A stretch of 64,000 nucleotides of DNA from Rhodothermales bacterium (GCA_965224105.1 CBDCYH010000002.1:1785112-1849111); one strand, 5' to 3'; positions 28,539 through 38,678 are shown, counted from the first letter of the stretch. Notes: generated by a model not told the origin, from the letters alone. Numbers and translations are program-made.

Positions 28539-30158
28539 ATGATAGAATCTATCCGTGCCATTGGTGCGTCCATGAAAAACCGATCAGGACGTCGCCCCAA
28601 ACTCCAGCTCGCCACGTTAGCGATAGCATTTTCAAGCTTTATCTTTGCGACGGGGGCGTCTGCCCAAACAGCCGTCGACGCAATCCGATTCTCCGAGCGG
28701 CAGCCGGGCCTCGCGGCGCGAGCGCTGGGGATGGGCGGTGTCGGAACGGCCGGCCTTGGGGACTACTCAGCCGTGTTTTCGAATCCAGCCGGGCTCGGGT
28801 ACATGAAAGCCTCGTCGTTTTCAGGCTCGCTTAGCCTATACTCCACCTCCGACGATGCCACTTACTCAATCGGCTCATCGGACCTGCTCACTCCCAACGA
28901 TATCACCGATACCCAGCTATCACACCTTGCATACACCTATAAGGCACCAACCAGGCGCGGCTCACTCGTATTCGCACTTGGGTTGAGTCAAACGGCATCC
29001 TTCTCCAGGGAGCTGGCCTTTGACGGATCGAACCCCAACAACTCCGCAACAGATTTTTTCATGCCGTTGTCGGATGAGTTTACAGTCGATGTTTCTGCTG
29101 GTGCCGACGGGATTAGCGGAACAGCAGATGATGAGTTTACCCCATCCTTTACCCGCGACCTTTCGGCAATAGCCTACAACATCTTCGCTATTGATCTCGA
29201 CGTGGACGCGTTTGAGAATGGCGATCCGGTTCCATTCTTTCCTGCCGTTACAACGGGCACGGTCGACCAGCAGGGACTGGTAACAGAGCGTGGGGCCATG
29301 CACGAGGTAAACATTGCGGCTGCATACGAGGCTTCGAAGAACGTAATGGTTGGCTTCGGAATAAACATCCCATACGGAAAATGGGAGCTGAACAGAGGCT
29401 TCACGGAAAACGATTCCCGGAACGACAACGATGGGTCCGGCACAACTGTCGATTTTGATCGACTGGAGTGGGACCAGTTCGTAGAGTCGCGTTTGGCCGG
29501 TGTTAATCTCCGTGGCGGTGTTTCCTTTGTCATGCCAAATGGCTTCCGCGGAGGACTTTCGGTTGAGAGCCCAACGTACTACTACATCGAGGAAGATTTC
29601 GAAACTATTATCACAACGGTTTTTGATGATGGATTTACCGACACGTACGGCGATGATTCATCAGAAGACATTGGCAAAGGGAGCTTCGACTACAACCTTA
29701 TAACCCCCTGGCGTCTTGGGGCGGGAATCGGATACTCCAACAGACGTTTCAAGGTCATGCTGGATGCCGAACTGATCGATTGGAGCCAAATGGAGTTTGA
29801 TTCGGATGTATTCTCATTCGCAGAAGAAAACAGGGATATGGCTCGCAACCTGGACCAGGTAGTAAATGCTAAACTTGGAGCCGAGTACCTCGTTGGCTCA
29901 TTCGCTGTCCGGGCTGGACTGGCAGGAATATCCGATCCAAGAAATTTGGACCTCCTGACGGACCCGGTAGATAAAACACGGATCTTCGGATCACTTGGTT
30001 TCTCGTTCTACCCAAACAATAAATTTGCTTTGGACGTCGCGGTTGCTCAAGATGCTTTCGATGATGAGTACACTCCGTACAATATCGTTGGCGCTCCGGT
30101 GATATCAGAAGTAGTACGACGAAATCAACTTGCCATCGGACTGAGATTCTTTTTCTAG
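28539..30158 (+). CDS. outer-membrane beta-barrel protein (FadL/PorV-like transport family)
   Basis: Signal peptide ...ATGASAQ. N-terminal motif RALGMGGVGTAGLGDYSAVFSNPAGLGY and C-terminal ...LAIGLRFFF typical of OM barrels. Starts 16 nt after the lipoprotein gene. Confidence 0.7.
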   Translation: MIESIRAIGASMKNRSGRRPKLQLATLAIAFSSFIFATGASAQTAVDAIRFSERQPGLAARALGMGGVGTAGLGDYSAVFSNPAGLGYMKASSFSGSLSLYSTSDDATYSIGSSDLLTPNDITDTQLSHLAYTYKAPTRRGSLVFALGLSQTASFSRELAFDGSNPNNSATDFFMPLSDEFTVDVSAGADGISGTADDEFTPSFTRDLSAIAYNIFAIDLDVDAFENGDPVPFFPAVTTGTVDQQGLVTERGAMHEVNIAAAYEASKNVMVGFGINIPYGKWELNRGFTENDSRNDNDGSGTTVDFDRLEWDQFVESRLAGVNLRGGVSFVMPNGFRGGLSVESPTYYYIEEDFETIITTVFDDGFTDTYGDDSSEDIGKGSFDYNLITPWRLGAGIGYSNRRFKVMLDAELIDWSQMEFDSDVFSFAEENRDMARNLDQVVNAKLGAEYLVGSFAVRAGLAGISDPRNLDLLTDPVDKTRIFGSLGFSFYPNNKFALDVAVAQDAFDDEYTPYNIVGAPVISEVVRRNQLAIGLRFFF

Positions 30159-30238
30159 GCAAACCGGTTTCCATTAGGGGAAAGAGAATCTATTTTGGCC
30201 TTTCCTATGGGCGAGTAAACTGATATCATTGCGACGCA

Positions 30239-31057
30239 ATGAACCAGCTCAACGCTAATGCTCGCCTAAGTCCGCGTGTCGACCAAAAGACGACACCTAT
30301 CGAACATGGCTCCGCGCTTAACCTGGTGGCGGAGTCGTTCGTCGACTACCTTTTCCACGGTAGCGCCGTGCGCAATTTCATTCCCGAGGGCAGATTCGAA
30401 ATTCTGTTCCAACACGGGAGCCTGTTTCTGCACAATGCGGATGGCGCCAACTGGGCTGCCCGCCCCATCGGATTTGTAGGCGGCCTTCACTCCAAGGCCT
30501 ACCGCGTAAAACCTGATAAACATGCAGCCGAGTGTTTTGGAATTCGCCTGAAAACGAATTTCACGCACTGGCTCATTCCGCATTCTCTACATCAGTTCAA
30601 GAATGGAGTTTTTGACATTGCTGACATTTTTGGTGAGGAAGCTCGCGCGCTGACGCACAAACTCGGCCAGACGTCCGATCGCCTGGAGCAGTTCGCGTTG
30701 ATTGAGCAGTTCCTGGTGCCGAGAATCAGACCCAGGTCCAGGCGCCTTGATGCTCCGTTCGAGCAAATGATTTGGCAGAACTGCTCGATTTCAGTTCGCG
30801 AATTGTCAAATCTCTGTCATTGCTCCGATTCACATTTCAGGAAATTGTTTTACGAAGAAATTGGCCTCTCACCGAAAGAGTACATCAAGGTTGTTCGCAC
30901 TAGGAAAGCGATAACAGAAATGCAGTCAGGACGACACGATTCGCTCACAGAGGTTGCGTATTGTCTGGGCTACTTCGATCAGTCACATTTTATCAGCGAC
31001 TTCAAGTCGGTCACTCAAGCACTTCCCAGCAACTATTTCGTGGCTGCCAGCGATTGA
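30239..31057 (+). CDS. AraC family transcriptional regulator
   Basis: C-terminal double HTH: SDSHFRKLFYEEIGLSPKEYIKVVR...LTEVAYCLGYFDQSHFISDFK. Confidence 0.8.
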   Translation: MNQLNANARLSPRVDQKTTPIEHGSALNLVAESFVDYLFHGSAVRNFIPEGRFEILFQHGSLFLHNADGANWAARPIGFVGGLHSKAYRVKPDKHAAECFGIRLKTNFTHWLIPHSLHQFKNGVFDIADIFGEEARALTHKLGQTSDRLEQFALIEQFLVPRIRPRSRRLDAPFEQMIWQNCSISVRELSNLCHCSDSHFRKLFYEEIGLSPKEYIKVVRTRKAITEMQSGRHDSLTEVAYCLGYFDQSHFISDFKSVTQALPSNYFVAASD

Positions 31058-31146
31058 CGCGGGCCGAATAAGCGATTTGTACAATCTCATTGTCGGCGCT
31101 TCCTGTACTGTTAACAGATTCACACCGTCAACAATGCTTGGATCTA

Positions 31147-32403
31147 ATGCGAATCATTACTCAACTCATACGCGCGTGTATCTTCTGCTGTCTGCTCGCC
31201 CAGGGCGCTCTTGCCCAGACGGCCTTTGTCCAATCGTTCAATGCCGGGAATTTCGAGCAATCTGTCGAGGAGGCAAGGAAAGTTCTTGGGGAAAATGAAA
31301 ACGACCCGGCAGCCAATTTTTACACGGGAGCCTCTCTCGTTCGGCTCGAGAGATACGCCGAGGCAGAGAAATTCCTGATCGCCGCACGCACAAACAGCTT
31401 TCAACCGGCGGTAGCCGTGGGTGCAAACTTGCTAAGAACATTCGCTGGCCAGAAAAAAACGAATCAGCTTTTTGCCGAACTGGATTCGTTAACAGCAAGC
31501 GGTTTCCGAGGTCTCCGTACGCTGCAATCGGCGGAGTTTGACTATCTCAGAGACAGCGACAGGTTTGTCCAGGCGGAGGAAGCGGTGTACGCCAACGCCT
31601 TCCCGTGCACATCCGACGATCGTTACAAGAAATTGGATTTTTGGGTGGGCGCCTGGAACATCTACGACCGAAACGAAAACCTGATTGCACATAGCAACAT
31701 TTCCAAGAGAGAAGGCGGCTGTACTGTATTTGAGGACTACCGCACATTGACCGGGTTTGTCGGGAGCAGCATCAATTATTTTGATGATGCTGATGAAATG
31801 CAAAAACAGATCTGGATCGACCTGAACAACAGCATCACCCGATACCAGGAGGTAGCATCCGATCGGGATTCGCTAATCATGCTGGCGCAAAGGGATAGCG
31901 TGAACTTCAACAGGATGGTTTTTGTGCACTCAGCCAACGGCGATACCGTTCGCCAGACCTTTCAGAATTCGCCGGATGCCGGGAAAACCTGGACAAACGG
32001 CTTTTTTGGTAAGTACGTCCGACAGACCAAAGCCTCAGTAGGAAGCGAACTGCGAGAAGTCCTAAGCAAGATGGAGGCGCTTTTCCAAGAGGACAACATG
32101 GCGGAGATTGCAGACTTCTACACATCCGATGCAGTTATTTATGGGCCGGGGGGGAGGACGTATGAAGGCATCGATGCTGTTCGCGCCTACTGGCAGTCAC
32201 TCAAGGGAAAAGGGGTGTCCTGGACCAATACGGTAGAAGCCGTGCATCTGGATGATGGACAGGTGACGTCGCTTTCAACATCAGATCTAAAGCACGTTTT
32301 TAACGGGAGCCAGGTGACCTCGCTTACAAAAGCACTAGTGATTTGGAAACGCGTGGGTGGCGAGTACAAGATCCACCGTGATTTTTATCAGATGATGCGA
32401 TAG
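31147..32403 (+). CDS. secreted protein with TPR-like N-terminal region and SnoaL/DUF4440-like (NTF2-fold) C-terminal domain
   Basis: The ATG at 31147 gives the signal peptide MRIITQLIRACIFCCLLAQGALAQ. The C-terminal ADFYTSDAVIYGPGG...AYWQSL...VIWKRVGGEYKIHRDF resembles NTF2-like domains. Confidence 0.55.
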   Translation: MRIITQLIRACIFCCLLAQGALAQTAFVQSFNAGNFEQSVEEARKVLGENENDPAANFYTGASLVRLERYAEAEKFLIAARTNSFQPAVAVGANLLRTFAGQKKTNQLFAELDSLTASGFRGLRTLQSAEFDYLRDSDRFVQAEEAVYANAFPCTSDDRYKKLDFWVGAWNIYDRNENLIAHSNISKREGGCTVFEDYRTLTGFVGSSINYFDDADEMQKQIWIDLNNSITRYQEVASDRDSLIMLAQRDSVNFNRMVFVHSANGDTVRQTFQNSPDAGKTWTNGFFGKYVRQTKASVGSELREVLSKMEALFQEDNMAEIADFYTSDAVIYGPGGRTYEGIDAVRAYWQSLKGKGVSWTNTVEAVHLDDGQVTSLSTSDLKHVFNGSQVTSLTKALVIWKRVGGEYKIHRDFYQMMR

Positions 32404-32507
32404 AGAACGATTCTTACGGCTTCACGCCAGTACCCTCCGCGTAACGCCTGGTGCTGCTCCGCAACCAAGACGTCGGTATTTGTTGTTGCACTTGGCAGAA
32501 GGCGAAA

Positions 32508-33206
32508 ATGATAAAGATCAGGAAAGCCGAAGATCGCGGGCATGCCGATCATGGATGGCTCAAATCGCATCACACATTTTCTTTTGCCTCGTATCTCGAT
32601 CCGAATAACATGGGCTTTCGCTCGTTGCGAGTGATGAACGAGGATGTTGTTGCTGCGGGCAAAGGGTTCGGAACGCACCCGCACGACAACATGGAAATCG
32701 TGTCCTACGTTTTGGAAGGGTCGCTCGAGCACAAAGACTCGATGGGGAATGGGGAAGTGCTTACACCAGGTGAGTTCCAGAGAATCAGCGCGGGCACGGG
32801 CATCACACACAGCGAGTTCAACCCTTCACCTACGGAGCGAACCCACTTTTATCAGATATGGTTACTGCCGAAGTCGCGGGGGATCGTGCCAAGCTATGAG
32901 CAAAAACGTTTCCCCGACGAGGAGAAGCATAACGACCTTCGCCTCGTTGCTTCTCCGGATGGAGACCAAGGCTCGCTTTCCATACATCAGGACACGCGCA
33001 TTTATCTGTCACGCCTCGACGAGGGCAGGTCTGTCGAGTATAACCTGCCCGATGGGAGGTACGCCTGGTTGCAGGTCCTACGTGGCCAGGTGAAAGTCAA
33101 TTCCATTCAGATGGACACAAGCGATGGCGCAGCTATTGGTGAAGAGACACAATTGAAGATGGAAGCGTCATCTGATGCCGAAATCATGCTCTTCGACTTG
33201 GCATAG
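32508..33206 (+). CDS. pirin family protein (quercetinase-like bicupin)
   Basis: MIKIRKAEDRGHADHGWLKSHHTFSF...GFGTHPHDNMEIVSYVLEGSLEHKDSMGN is the canonical pirin N-terminus. The ORF-track start at 32451 is probably too early. Confidence 0.9.
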   Translation: MIKIRKAEDRGHADHGWLKSHHTFSFASYLDPNNMGFRSLRVMNEDVVAAGKGFGTHPHDNMEIVSYVLEGSLEHKDSMGNGEVLTPGEFQRISAGTGITHSEFNPSPTERTHFYQIWLLPKSRGIVPSYEQKRFPDEEKHNDLRLVASPDGDQGSLSIHQDTRIYLSRLDEGRSVEYNLPDGRYAWLQVLRGQVKVNSIQMDTSDGAAIGEETQLKMEASSDAEIMLFDLA

Positions 33207-33234
33207 TTGCAAATGTGGAATATCGGGTGGTGCG

Positions 33235-34278
33235 CTAGTCGTCGGCGGTTTCAGCCTGCTGACGACGAAGGCGCGCTGCCTCGTGGAATCGGTTTGCCGC
33301 ACGAACGTGCTCCCGTAACGTCCTGCTGAATGTGTGACTCCCATCTATGTTGGCCACAAAAAAGTAGTAGCCGTGGTCCTCAGGTTGCAGCACGGCCTGG
33401 ATAGACGACCTCGAGGGATTCGTCACCGGTCCCGGCGGAAGGCCGCGATTGCGATACGTGTTGTATGGATGGTCGATTTTGTAATCGCGAAAAAAGAGCC
33501 TTCTCTTCTGACCCTCGCTCTGGATAATGGCATATTGCACCGTGGGATCTGCATCTAACATCCAGCCGTCACGGAGGCGGTTTAGATAGACTCCAGCGAC
33601 AGTTGGTTTTTCTTCCTCCACCGCTGTCTCCCATTCAACAATGGAAGCGAGCGTGACAACATCTTCTTTGGACAATCCCAGGCCGTGCACATCATTAGTG
33701 GTTGCGGAAGTGTAAAAACTGTCAAGGGTGCTTTTAATTTCCTTTATCACCGTTGAAGGTGGGGTTTGCCAGTAGAAGTTGTATGTGTCTGGTAGCAGGA
33801 ATCCCGGCAAACGAGTTGTATCGGTACCCGCTTCTTCGGCCAGCGAAATGTCGCGTAGCGCGTGTAAAAACTCATCAGCCGAAAACTCCATATTGCGTGC
33901 GGCGGATGCTGCAGCGACTTCCGGTGTAACACCGGGCGGAATAAGTACCTTCACAGGCGTTTGCAATCCTTTCCGAAGCGTCTGCAAAATGTCTATTGCC
34001 GAGCTACCCGAACCAATCGAATAAAAGCCGGCCTTAATCTGATCGCCCCATCCCGTCGCTCTGGCGACAAATTCAAACCGACCAGCTGATGAAAGTATAC
34101 CGGCTTCAGACAGGGAGTCGGTCACCTGGCCGAGGGTGGACTGGCGAGCGATAAATACATCGCGTTCGTCCTGGTAGTTCGAGGTTACCGGTGCAAACGC
34201 GGCATAGTAGACCCCAGCCGCAACCAACAGGAGAAGCGCTATCGCGGCGATCAATAAACGTTTCCAGCCAGACTTCAT
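33235..34278 (-). CDS. mltG: endolytic murein transglycosylase MltG (YceG-like)
   Basis: N-terminal TM anchor and YceG domain motifs (ASIVEWET, GVYLNRL, LDADPTVQY, YNTYRNRGLPPGPVTNP). Confidence 0.9.
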   Translation of the reverse strand: MKSGWKRLLIAAIALLLLVAAGVYYAAFAPVTSNYQDERDVFIARQSTLGQVTDSLSEAGILSSAGRFEFVARATGWGDQIKAGFYSIGSGSSAIDILQTLRKGLQTPVKVLIPPGVTPEVAAASAARNMEFSADEFLHALRDISLAEEAGTDTTRLPGFLLPDTYNFYWQTPPSTVIKEIKSTLDSFYTSATTNDVHGLGLSKEDVVTLASIVEWETAVEEEKPTVAGVYLNRLRDGWMLDADPTVQYAIIQSEGQKRRLFFRDYKIDHPYNTYRNRGLPPGPVTNPSRSSIQAVLQPEDHGYYFFVANIDGSHTFSRTLREHVRAANRFHEAARLRRQQAETADD

Positions 34279-34613
34279 TCTTCTGCGATGAAATGCCTTA
34301 CCATGTTGCGCGTCTCGTCGATGATCCGCTCAAAAATTCTCCTGATGGATTCGTCCGGCAGTGGGCCTTCGCTTTTTGAGACCACCCCTGCAATGACAAT
34401 CTTTTCGCGACTAGGCACATAGACTGGAAGATCATCCCGTTTCTTGATCTCGCCGATAGCGGTCGCAATTTCTCCCCGACGGTTAATCAGCTCGACTAAG
34501 ACCGAATCCACGACATCAATCGCACCGCGCAGGTCCTCGATGGTGACATCGACACTGCGATGTGAATTCTGGAGTTCGTCGAGTCGGGCGAGTTTTTGTG
34601 AAAGAGTAGTCAT
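34275..34613 (-). CDS. chorismate mutase (AroQ class)
   Basis: 112 aa. LRGAIDVVDSVLVELINRRGEIATAIGEIKK...VYVPSREKIV...IFERIIDETR matches the CM type 2 helical pattern. Confidence 0.8.
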   Translation of the reverse strand: MTTLSQKLARLDELQNSHRSVDVTIEDLRGAIDVVDSVLVELINRRGEIATAIGEIKKRDDLPVYVPSREKIVIAGVVSKSEGPLPDESIRRIFERIIDETRNMVRHFIAEE

Positions 34614-34639
34614 ACTAAATTCTCGGCGAGCTGGGCAAG

Positions 34640-35689
34640 TTACAACACGGCGTTTGCATCTGCTTCAAAGGTTAGGTCGCTGAACTGCGATTCGGCGAAG
34701 CGCACGGCCGCGGCTGCCGCAATCATGGCGGCGTTGTCGGTGCAGTACTCGAGAGGGGACAGAAAAAGTTCTCCACCGGATTGGTTGGCCAATCGGGTGG
34801 CCTCAGCCCGCAACAACGAGTTGGCTGAAACCCCGCCAACGATCACGACTCTATTGATTCCCGTCATCGCAACGGCTTCCTGCAGTTTCATTATCAGTTG
34901 ATCGACCACAGCTGCCTGGAACGACGCGCACAGGTCGGCAAGGTGGGTCGCGATGTATTGCTCTCTCTCTGTTTTGTCGACAGCATTGAGGAAGTACAGC
35001 ACGGAGGTCTTCAGGCCGGAAAACGAGAAATTCAAACCGGCCATCGATGTTCTCGGAAAGGTGTGGAATTGGGGGTCACCCTTCCGCGCGCACTCGTCGA
35101 CGGTGGGTCCTGCCGGATATTCGAATCCAAACAAAGAGCCCACCTTGTCAAACGCCTCGCCTGCCGCGTCGTCCAGCGTTGCACCCAGCTTTTCATACTG
35201 ACCCGCGCCCGAAACGCGTAGCAGCAAGGTGTGTCCCCCAGACACGATAAGGCAGAGGAAAGGATACTCTGGCTGCTTGCTGGCCAGAAATGCCGAGAAA
35301 ATGTGTCCTTCCAGGTGATTTACTGCAATCGCCGGTATGCCCAAGCCAAGTGCAAACGTCTTCGCGAAAGAAACACCCACCAGAAGGGATCCAGCGAGCC
35401 CGGGACCATTAGTGACCGCAACTGCTGACAGATCCGATGGTTCAACACCCGATTCTCGAAGTGCCCGGGAGACGACCGGCGCAATCGTCCTCATATGAGC
35501 CCTTGAGGCTATTTCCGGTACCACGCCGCCATAATCCACATGCTCCAGTTGCGACGAGATGACGCTCGCAACGATCTGGCCATCAGCAATCACCGCGGCC
35601 GCCATGTCGTCGCATGAGCTCTCAATCGCAAGAATGTTCGTTCGGTCGTACAATATGCAGAAGCGCCCTCCGTTGACACAATTGGGCAT
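34640..35689 (-). CDS. tsaD: tRNA N6-adenosine threonylcarbamoyltransferase
   Basis: ILAIESSCDD, Kae1/TsaD motifs (HMRTIAPV, NHLEGH, VSGGHT, GGVSAN). The true start may be the TTG about 12 codons downstream of the ATG at 35689. Confidence 0.9.
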   Translation of the reverse strand: MPNCVNGGRFCILYDRTNILAIESSCDDMAAAVIADGQIVASVISSQLEHVDYGGVVPEIASRAHMRTIAPVVSRALRESGVEPSDLSAVAVTNGPGLAGSLLVGVSFAKTFALGLGIPAIAVNHLEGHIFSAFLASKQPEYPFLCLIVSGGHTLLLRVSGAGQYEKLGATLDDAAGEAFDKVGSLFGFEYPAGPTVDECARKGDPQFHTFPRTSMAGLNFSFSGLKTSVLYFLNAVDKTEREQYIATHLADLCASFQAAVVDQLIMKLQEAVAMTGINRVVIVGGVSANSLLRAEATRLANQSGGELFLSPLEYCTDNAAMIAAAAAVRFAESQFSDLTFEADANAVL

Positions 35690-35876
35690 CTAAAACGCGC
35701 TTAAATGCCAGAACTCCGCAGTAGATTCGTCGTTAGTGCAAATAGCGGAAGACGACCCCTTTCGAGCTGGACAGCGTCATCCAGAGGCGTTTCACTACTG
35801 CTCGGAGCAAACGGCTGATTTGCATGAGTTTTAGTGATACCTGGTCGATATATTCTGTGATAGATCAAGAAAGACT

Positions 35877-36356
35877 ATGAGATCATTTATTGTTGCAATT
35901 GGAATAGTAGCTGTTTTGGGTCTCTCAACGCCTGCGCAGGCGCAGGTCAGAGGGATGGATTTGCACCAGACCAACGCGGCCACCCTCAATAACTCCGGTC
36001 CGGGAGTATTGATGAAAACCATTTTTAACCCAAAGTATTTCCAGATGGGTCATTCCATCGAATTTACTGCGGGTACAGGCTTCGGGTCGTTGGCAATGTA
36101 CACCAATACGCTTCAGTGGTCCTTGTCAAACAAGTTCAGCGCGAGGGCGGATGTCAGTGTGGCGTATTCGCCTTTTAGCAACGGGTCAAACTCCTCCTAC
36201 AATGATCCTTTTTCAAACGGAGCGTCAGTCTTTTTGCGTAACGCCGAGTTGAACTACTCTCCGCGCAATAATGTCAATCTGCATCTATCCTACAGTAGAA
36301 GCCCGTACGGTTATTACGCTCAGCCCTTCGGAGCCTACAGATATCGCCGGTATTAG
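35877..36356 (+). CDS. secreted hypothetical protein
   Basis: Signal peptide MRSFIVAIGIVAVLGLSTPAQAQ. S/N/Y-rich, ends ...YRYRRY. No family recognised. Confidence 0.5.
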   Translation: MRSFIVAIGIVAVLGLSTPAQAQVRGMDLHQTNAATLNNSGPGVLMKTIFNPKYFQMGHSIEFTAGTGFGSLAMYTNTLQWSLSNKFSARADVSVAYSPFSNGSNSSYNDPFSNGASVFLRNAELNYSPRNNVNLHLSYSRSPYGYYAQPFGAYRYRRY

Positions 36357-36382
36357 CGCATCACCAACCTGGCGATAGCTGC

Positions 36383-36847
36383 ATGAGTAAATGGAGATCG
36401 CGCTGGTCTAATCTGGTATTGAACGCCGCCATTGTCGTCTTCGGTGCACTTGCGCTCGTTCTCCTTTTTTCGCTTGTAACCCGCGCCCTGGCACCGCGTA
36501 CAGATCCGTTGCGAGACGCAAACGCAGGCTCGCTCGTGGGAGAGATAATCCAGGTCGAGGTGCTCAATGGGGCAGGGGTGGACGAGCTAGCTGCACGCGC
36601 GACAGCCTTTCTCCGTCAACGGGGTTTTGACGTCGTATACTCAGGCGACCACGACACATTCGAGTTGGAAGAGTCGCTAGTCATCGACCGCGTCGGGGAC
36701 ATAGCATCAGCCAAAAAGGTTGCCAACGCATTGGGGATTGCAGAAGAGAATATCAGAGAGGAAATCCAGGAGAGTTTGTATCTGGATTCGTCCGTAATTA
36801 TTGGGCAAGACTTTAGGGGGCTGCGCCCGTTCAAAAACGACAACTAA
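36383..36847 (+). CDS. LytR C-terminal (LytR_C) domain membrane-anchored protein
   Basis: N-terminal TM helix followed by VEVLNGAGVDELAARATAFLRQRGFDVV...AKKVANALGI. Confidence 0.6.
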   Translation: MSKWRSRWSNLVLNAAIVVFGALALVLLFSLVTRALAPRTDPLRDANAGSLVGEIIQVEVLNGAGVDELAARATAFLRQRGFDVVYSGDHDTFELEESLVIDRVGDIASAKKVANALGIAEENIREEIQESLYLDSSVIIGQDFRGLRPFKNDN

Positions 36848-36858
36848 ACATCTACTAC

Positions 36859-37305
36859 ATGGCAGAAGGACAAGAGAAACTCATCCCAACTGTTTCCGAA
36901 GATAAAACCAGAACTACCTCGGCATCCGCAGCCGCACTCGCTCGAACCGCCATTGATGCGGCGCTCGACAAGAAAGCAACGAACGCCGTCGTCCTCAACA
37001 TGAAAGAAGTCTCGGGTGTCGCTGACTTTTTCATACTCTGCTCGGGCGATACAGAAATTCAGATTCGCGCCATCGCAGAACACATCAGATCTGTGGTTAA
37101 GACTGAACACGCAGAGACGCCCTGGCAGAAAGAAGGCGATGATCACTGGCAGTGGGTCGTACTAGACTACGTTGACGTGGTTGTGCATGTGATGAGCCCT
37201 GACAAGCGTGCATTTTACGGACTGGAACGGCTGTGGGGAGACGCAGAATACGAGAGTGTAGATGAGTCTATGCGAGCTGCCGATATTCAGCTTCTAAAAA
37301 GTTAA
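36859..37305 (+). CDS. rsfS: ribosome silencing factor RsfS (Iojap-like)
   Basis: ALDKKATNAVVLNMKEVSGVADFFILCSGDTEIQIRAIAEHI...WVVLDYVDVVVHVMSPDKRAFYGLERLW. Confidence 0.85.
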   Translation: MAEGQEKLIPTVSEDKTRTTSASAAALARTAIDAALDKKATNAVVLNMKEVSGVADFFILCSGDTEIQIRAIAEHIRSVVKTEHAETPWQKEGDDHWQWVVLDYVDVVVHVMSPDKRAFYGLERLWGDAEYESVDESMRAADIQLLKS

Positions 37306-37317
37306 ATTGCACCAAGT

Positions 37318-37815
37318 ATGAAATTCTTTTTGCCGATCCTGCTTCTAATCGTCACCGGATGCGCCTCGTCGACGCGGTTGGCTGAACCCCTTGATGAACA
37401 GTTCGGCCATCGGTTTGATGGCACCGCCCCGGATGGGCGAACTACAGAAGTGATCGGCCCATCAGAATCGGGAACGGATTACCTGATATCGGAGGCTGTG
37501 TTTGACACGCTACACCTGCGGCCTCAAAAACTCACCACAGAGATGGCGGCCGCCGGTGAGCAAATCAAAATTGAGGTGCTGGTAAAAGGCTCCTTCCCGG
37601 ATTCATGCACCGAGCTGGATAATCTGGAGCAGGAAAGGGCACAGCACATTATCACCGCCCGGCTTACCACGCGGCGGCCCAAAGATTCGGTGTGTGCAAG
37701 CGTTGTTCGTCCGTTCCGATTCTACATGATGTTGGATGGAGACTATGGCGAGGGTAGCTATACGCTAAAACTCAATGGACGCGCTCGATCGTTTGTGATC
37801 CGGGCCGTTAAGTAG
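37318..37815 (+). CDS. hypothetical lipoprotein
   Basis: Lipobox LLLIVTGC. No family recognised. Confidence 0.5.
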   Translation: MKFFLPILLLIVTGCASSTRLAEPLDEQFGHRFDGTAPDGRTTEVIGPSESGTDYLISEAVFDTLHLRPQKLTTEMAAAGEQIKIEVLVKGSFPDSCTELDNLEQERAQHIITARLTTRRPKDSVCASVVRPFRFYMMLDGDYGEGSYTLKLNGRARSFVIRAVK

Positions 37816-37859
37816 GGCAACGGTTTCGGTCGATACAAGATGCACAACTAGTTTTTTCC

Positions 37860-38678
37860 GTGCGCACATCCATCGTAACGTTTCTATTCCTGCTGATTCT
37901 CACTGGAGTGAGCAGTTCGTCCTACAACGGAACCAGGGCCCCTTCGAAAAAAGCCGGCGCTCCAGGTGACGGAACGTGCGCCGACTCCGGTTGCCATAAT
38001 ACCTTCCCACTGAATTCGGGTAATGGCAACGTTTCGATCGTTGCACCCTCGCAATTCTCGAACGGCGTACCCGTTGATATCGAGATAACCGTTACCGACC
38101 CGGAGGCGGTGCGTTTCGGATTCGAGATTACAATTATGAACGACGCAAACGAAAATGCAGGTTCATTCGAGATTCTGAGTACCAACACCGCAAAGACAAT
38201 CGGCAATGCTGCGTACGTGTCCCACTTTCTTGCAAACGCGAACAACACCTGGACGGTAAGATGGAACCCGCCGGCCGAAACATCGCAGCAAAACGTCACT
38301 ATCTATGCAGCGGGAAATGGCGCCGATGGGCAATCGAATCGTGATAACGACCGCATATATACCACGAATCATCCCATGGAGTTTGTGCCAGCGACGTCGG
38401 CCGAGGAAAGTGTGCACCCGGAGAATTCCTTGGTGCTCGAGCCGGTCAGCCCAAACCCATCGTCGAACAGGATATCATTGTTTGTACGAGCCGCGGGCGA
38501 AGTAACACTTGCAGTCGCGGATATCGCTGGAAGGAGAGTCTTCGAACAACACGCAGGTCTGGTCGCCGGTCGCAAAGAGATTAGCATCGACCTGGATGGC
38601 CTGCCGCCGGGTTACTACATCGTACGCGCAACCTCGGGTCGACAAACCGTAACTCGCCCGTTAATTCTCGTTCGCTGA
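37860..38678 (+). CDS. secreted protein with T9SS type-A C-terminal sorting domain
   Basis: GTG start and signal peptide. N-terminal motif GAPGDGTCADSGCHN. The C-terminal ~80 aa (LEPVSPNPSS...PPGYYIVRATSGRQTVTRPLILVR) match the Por secretion-tail pattern. Confidence 0.7.
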   Translation: MRTSIVTFLFLLILTGVSSSSYNGTRAPSKKAGAPGDGTCADSGCHNTFPLNSGNGNVSIVAPSQFSNGVPVDIEITVTDPEAVRFGFEITIMNDANENAGSFEILSTNTAKTIGNAAYVSHFLANANNTWTVRWNPPAETSQQNVTIYAAGNGADGQSNRDNDRIYTTNHPMEFVPATSAEESVHPENSLVLEPVSPNPSSNRISLFVRAAGEVTLAVADIAGRRVFEQHAGLVAGRKEISIDLDGLPPGYYIVRATSGRQTVTRPLILVR

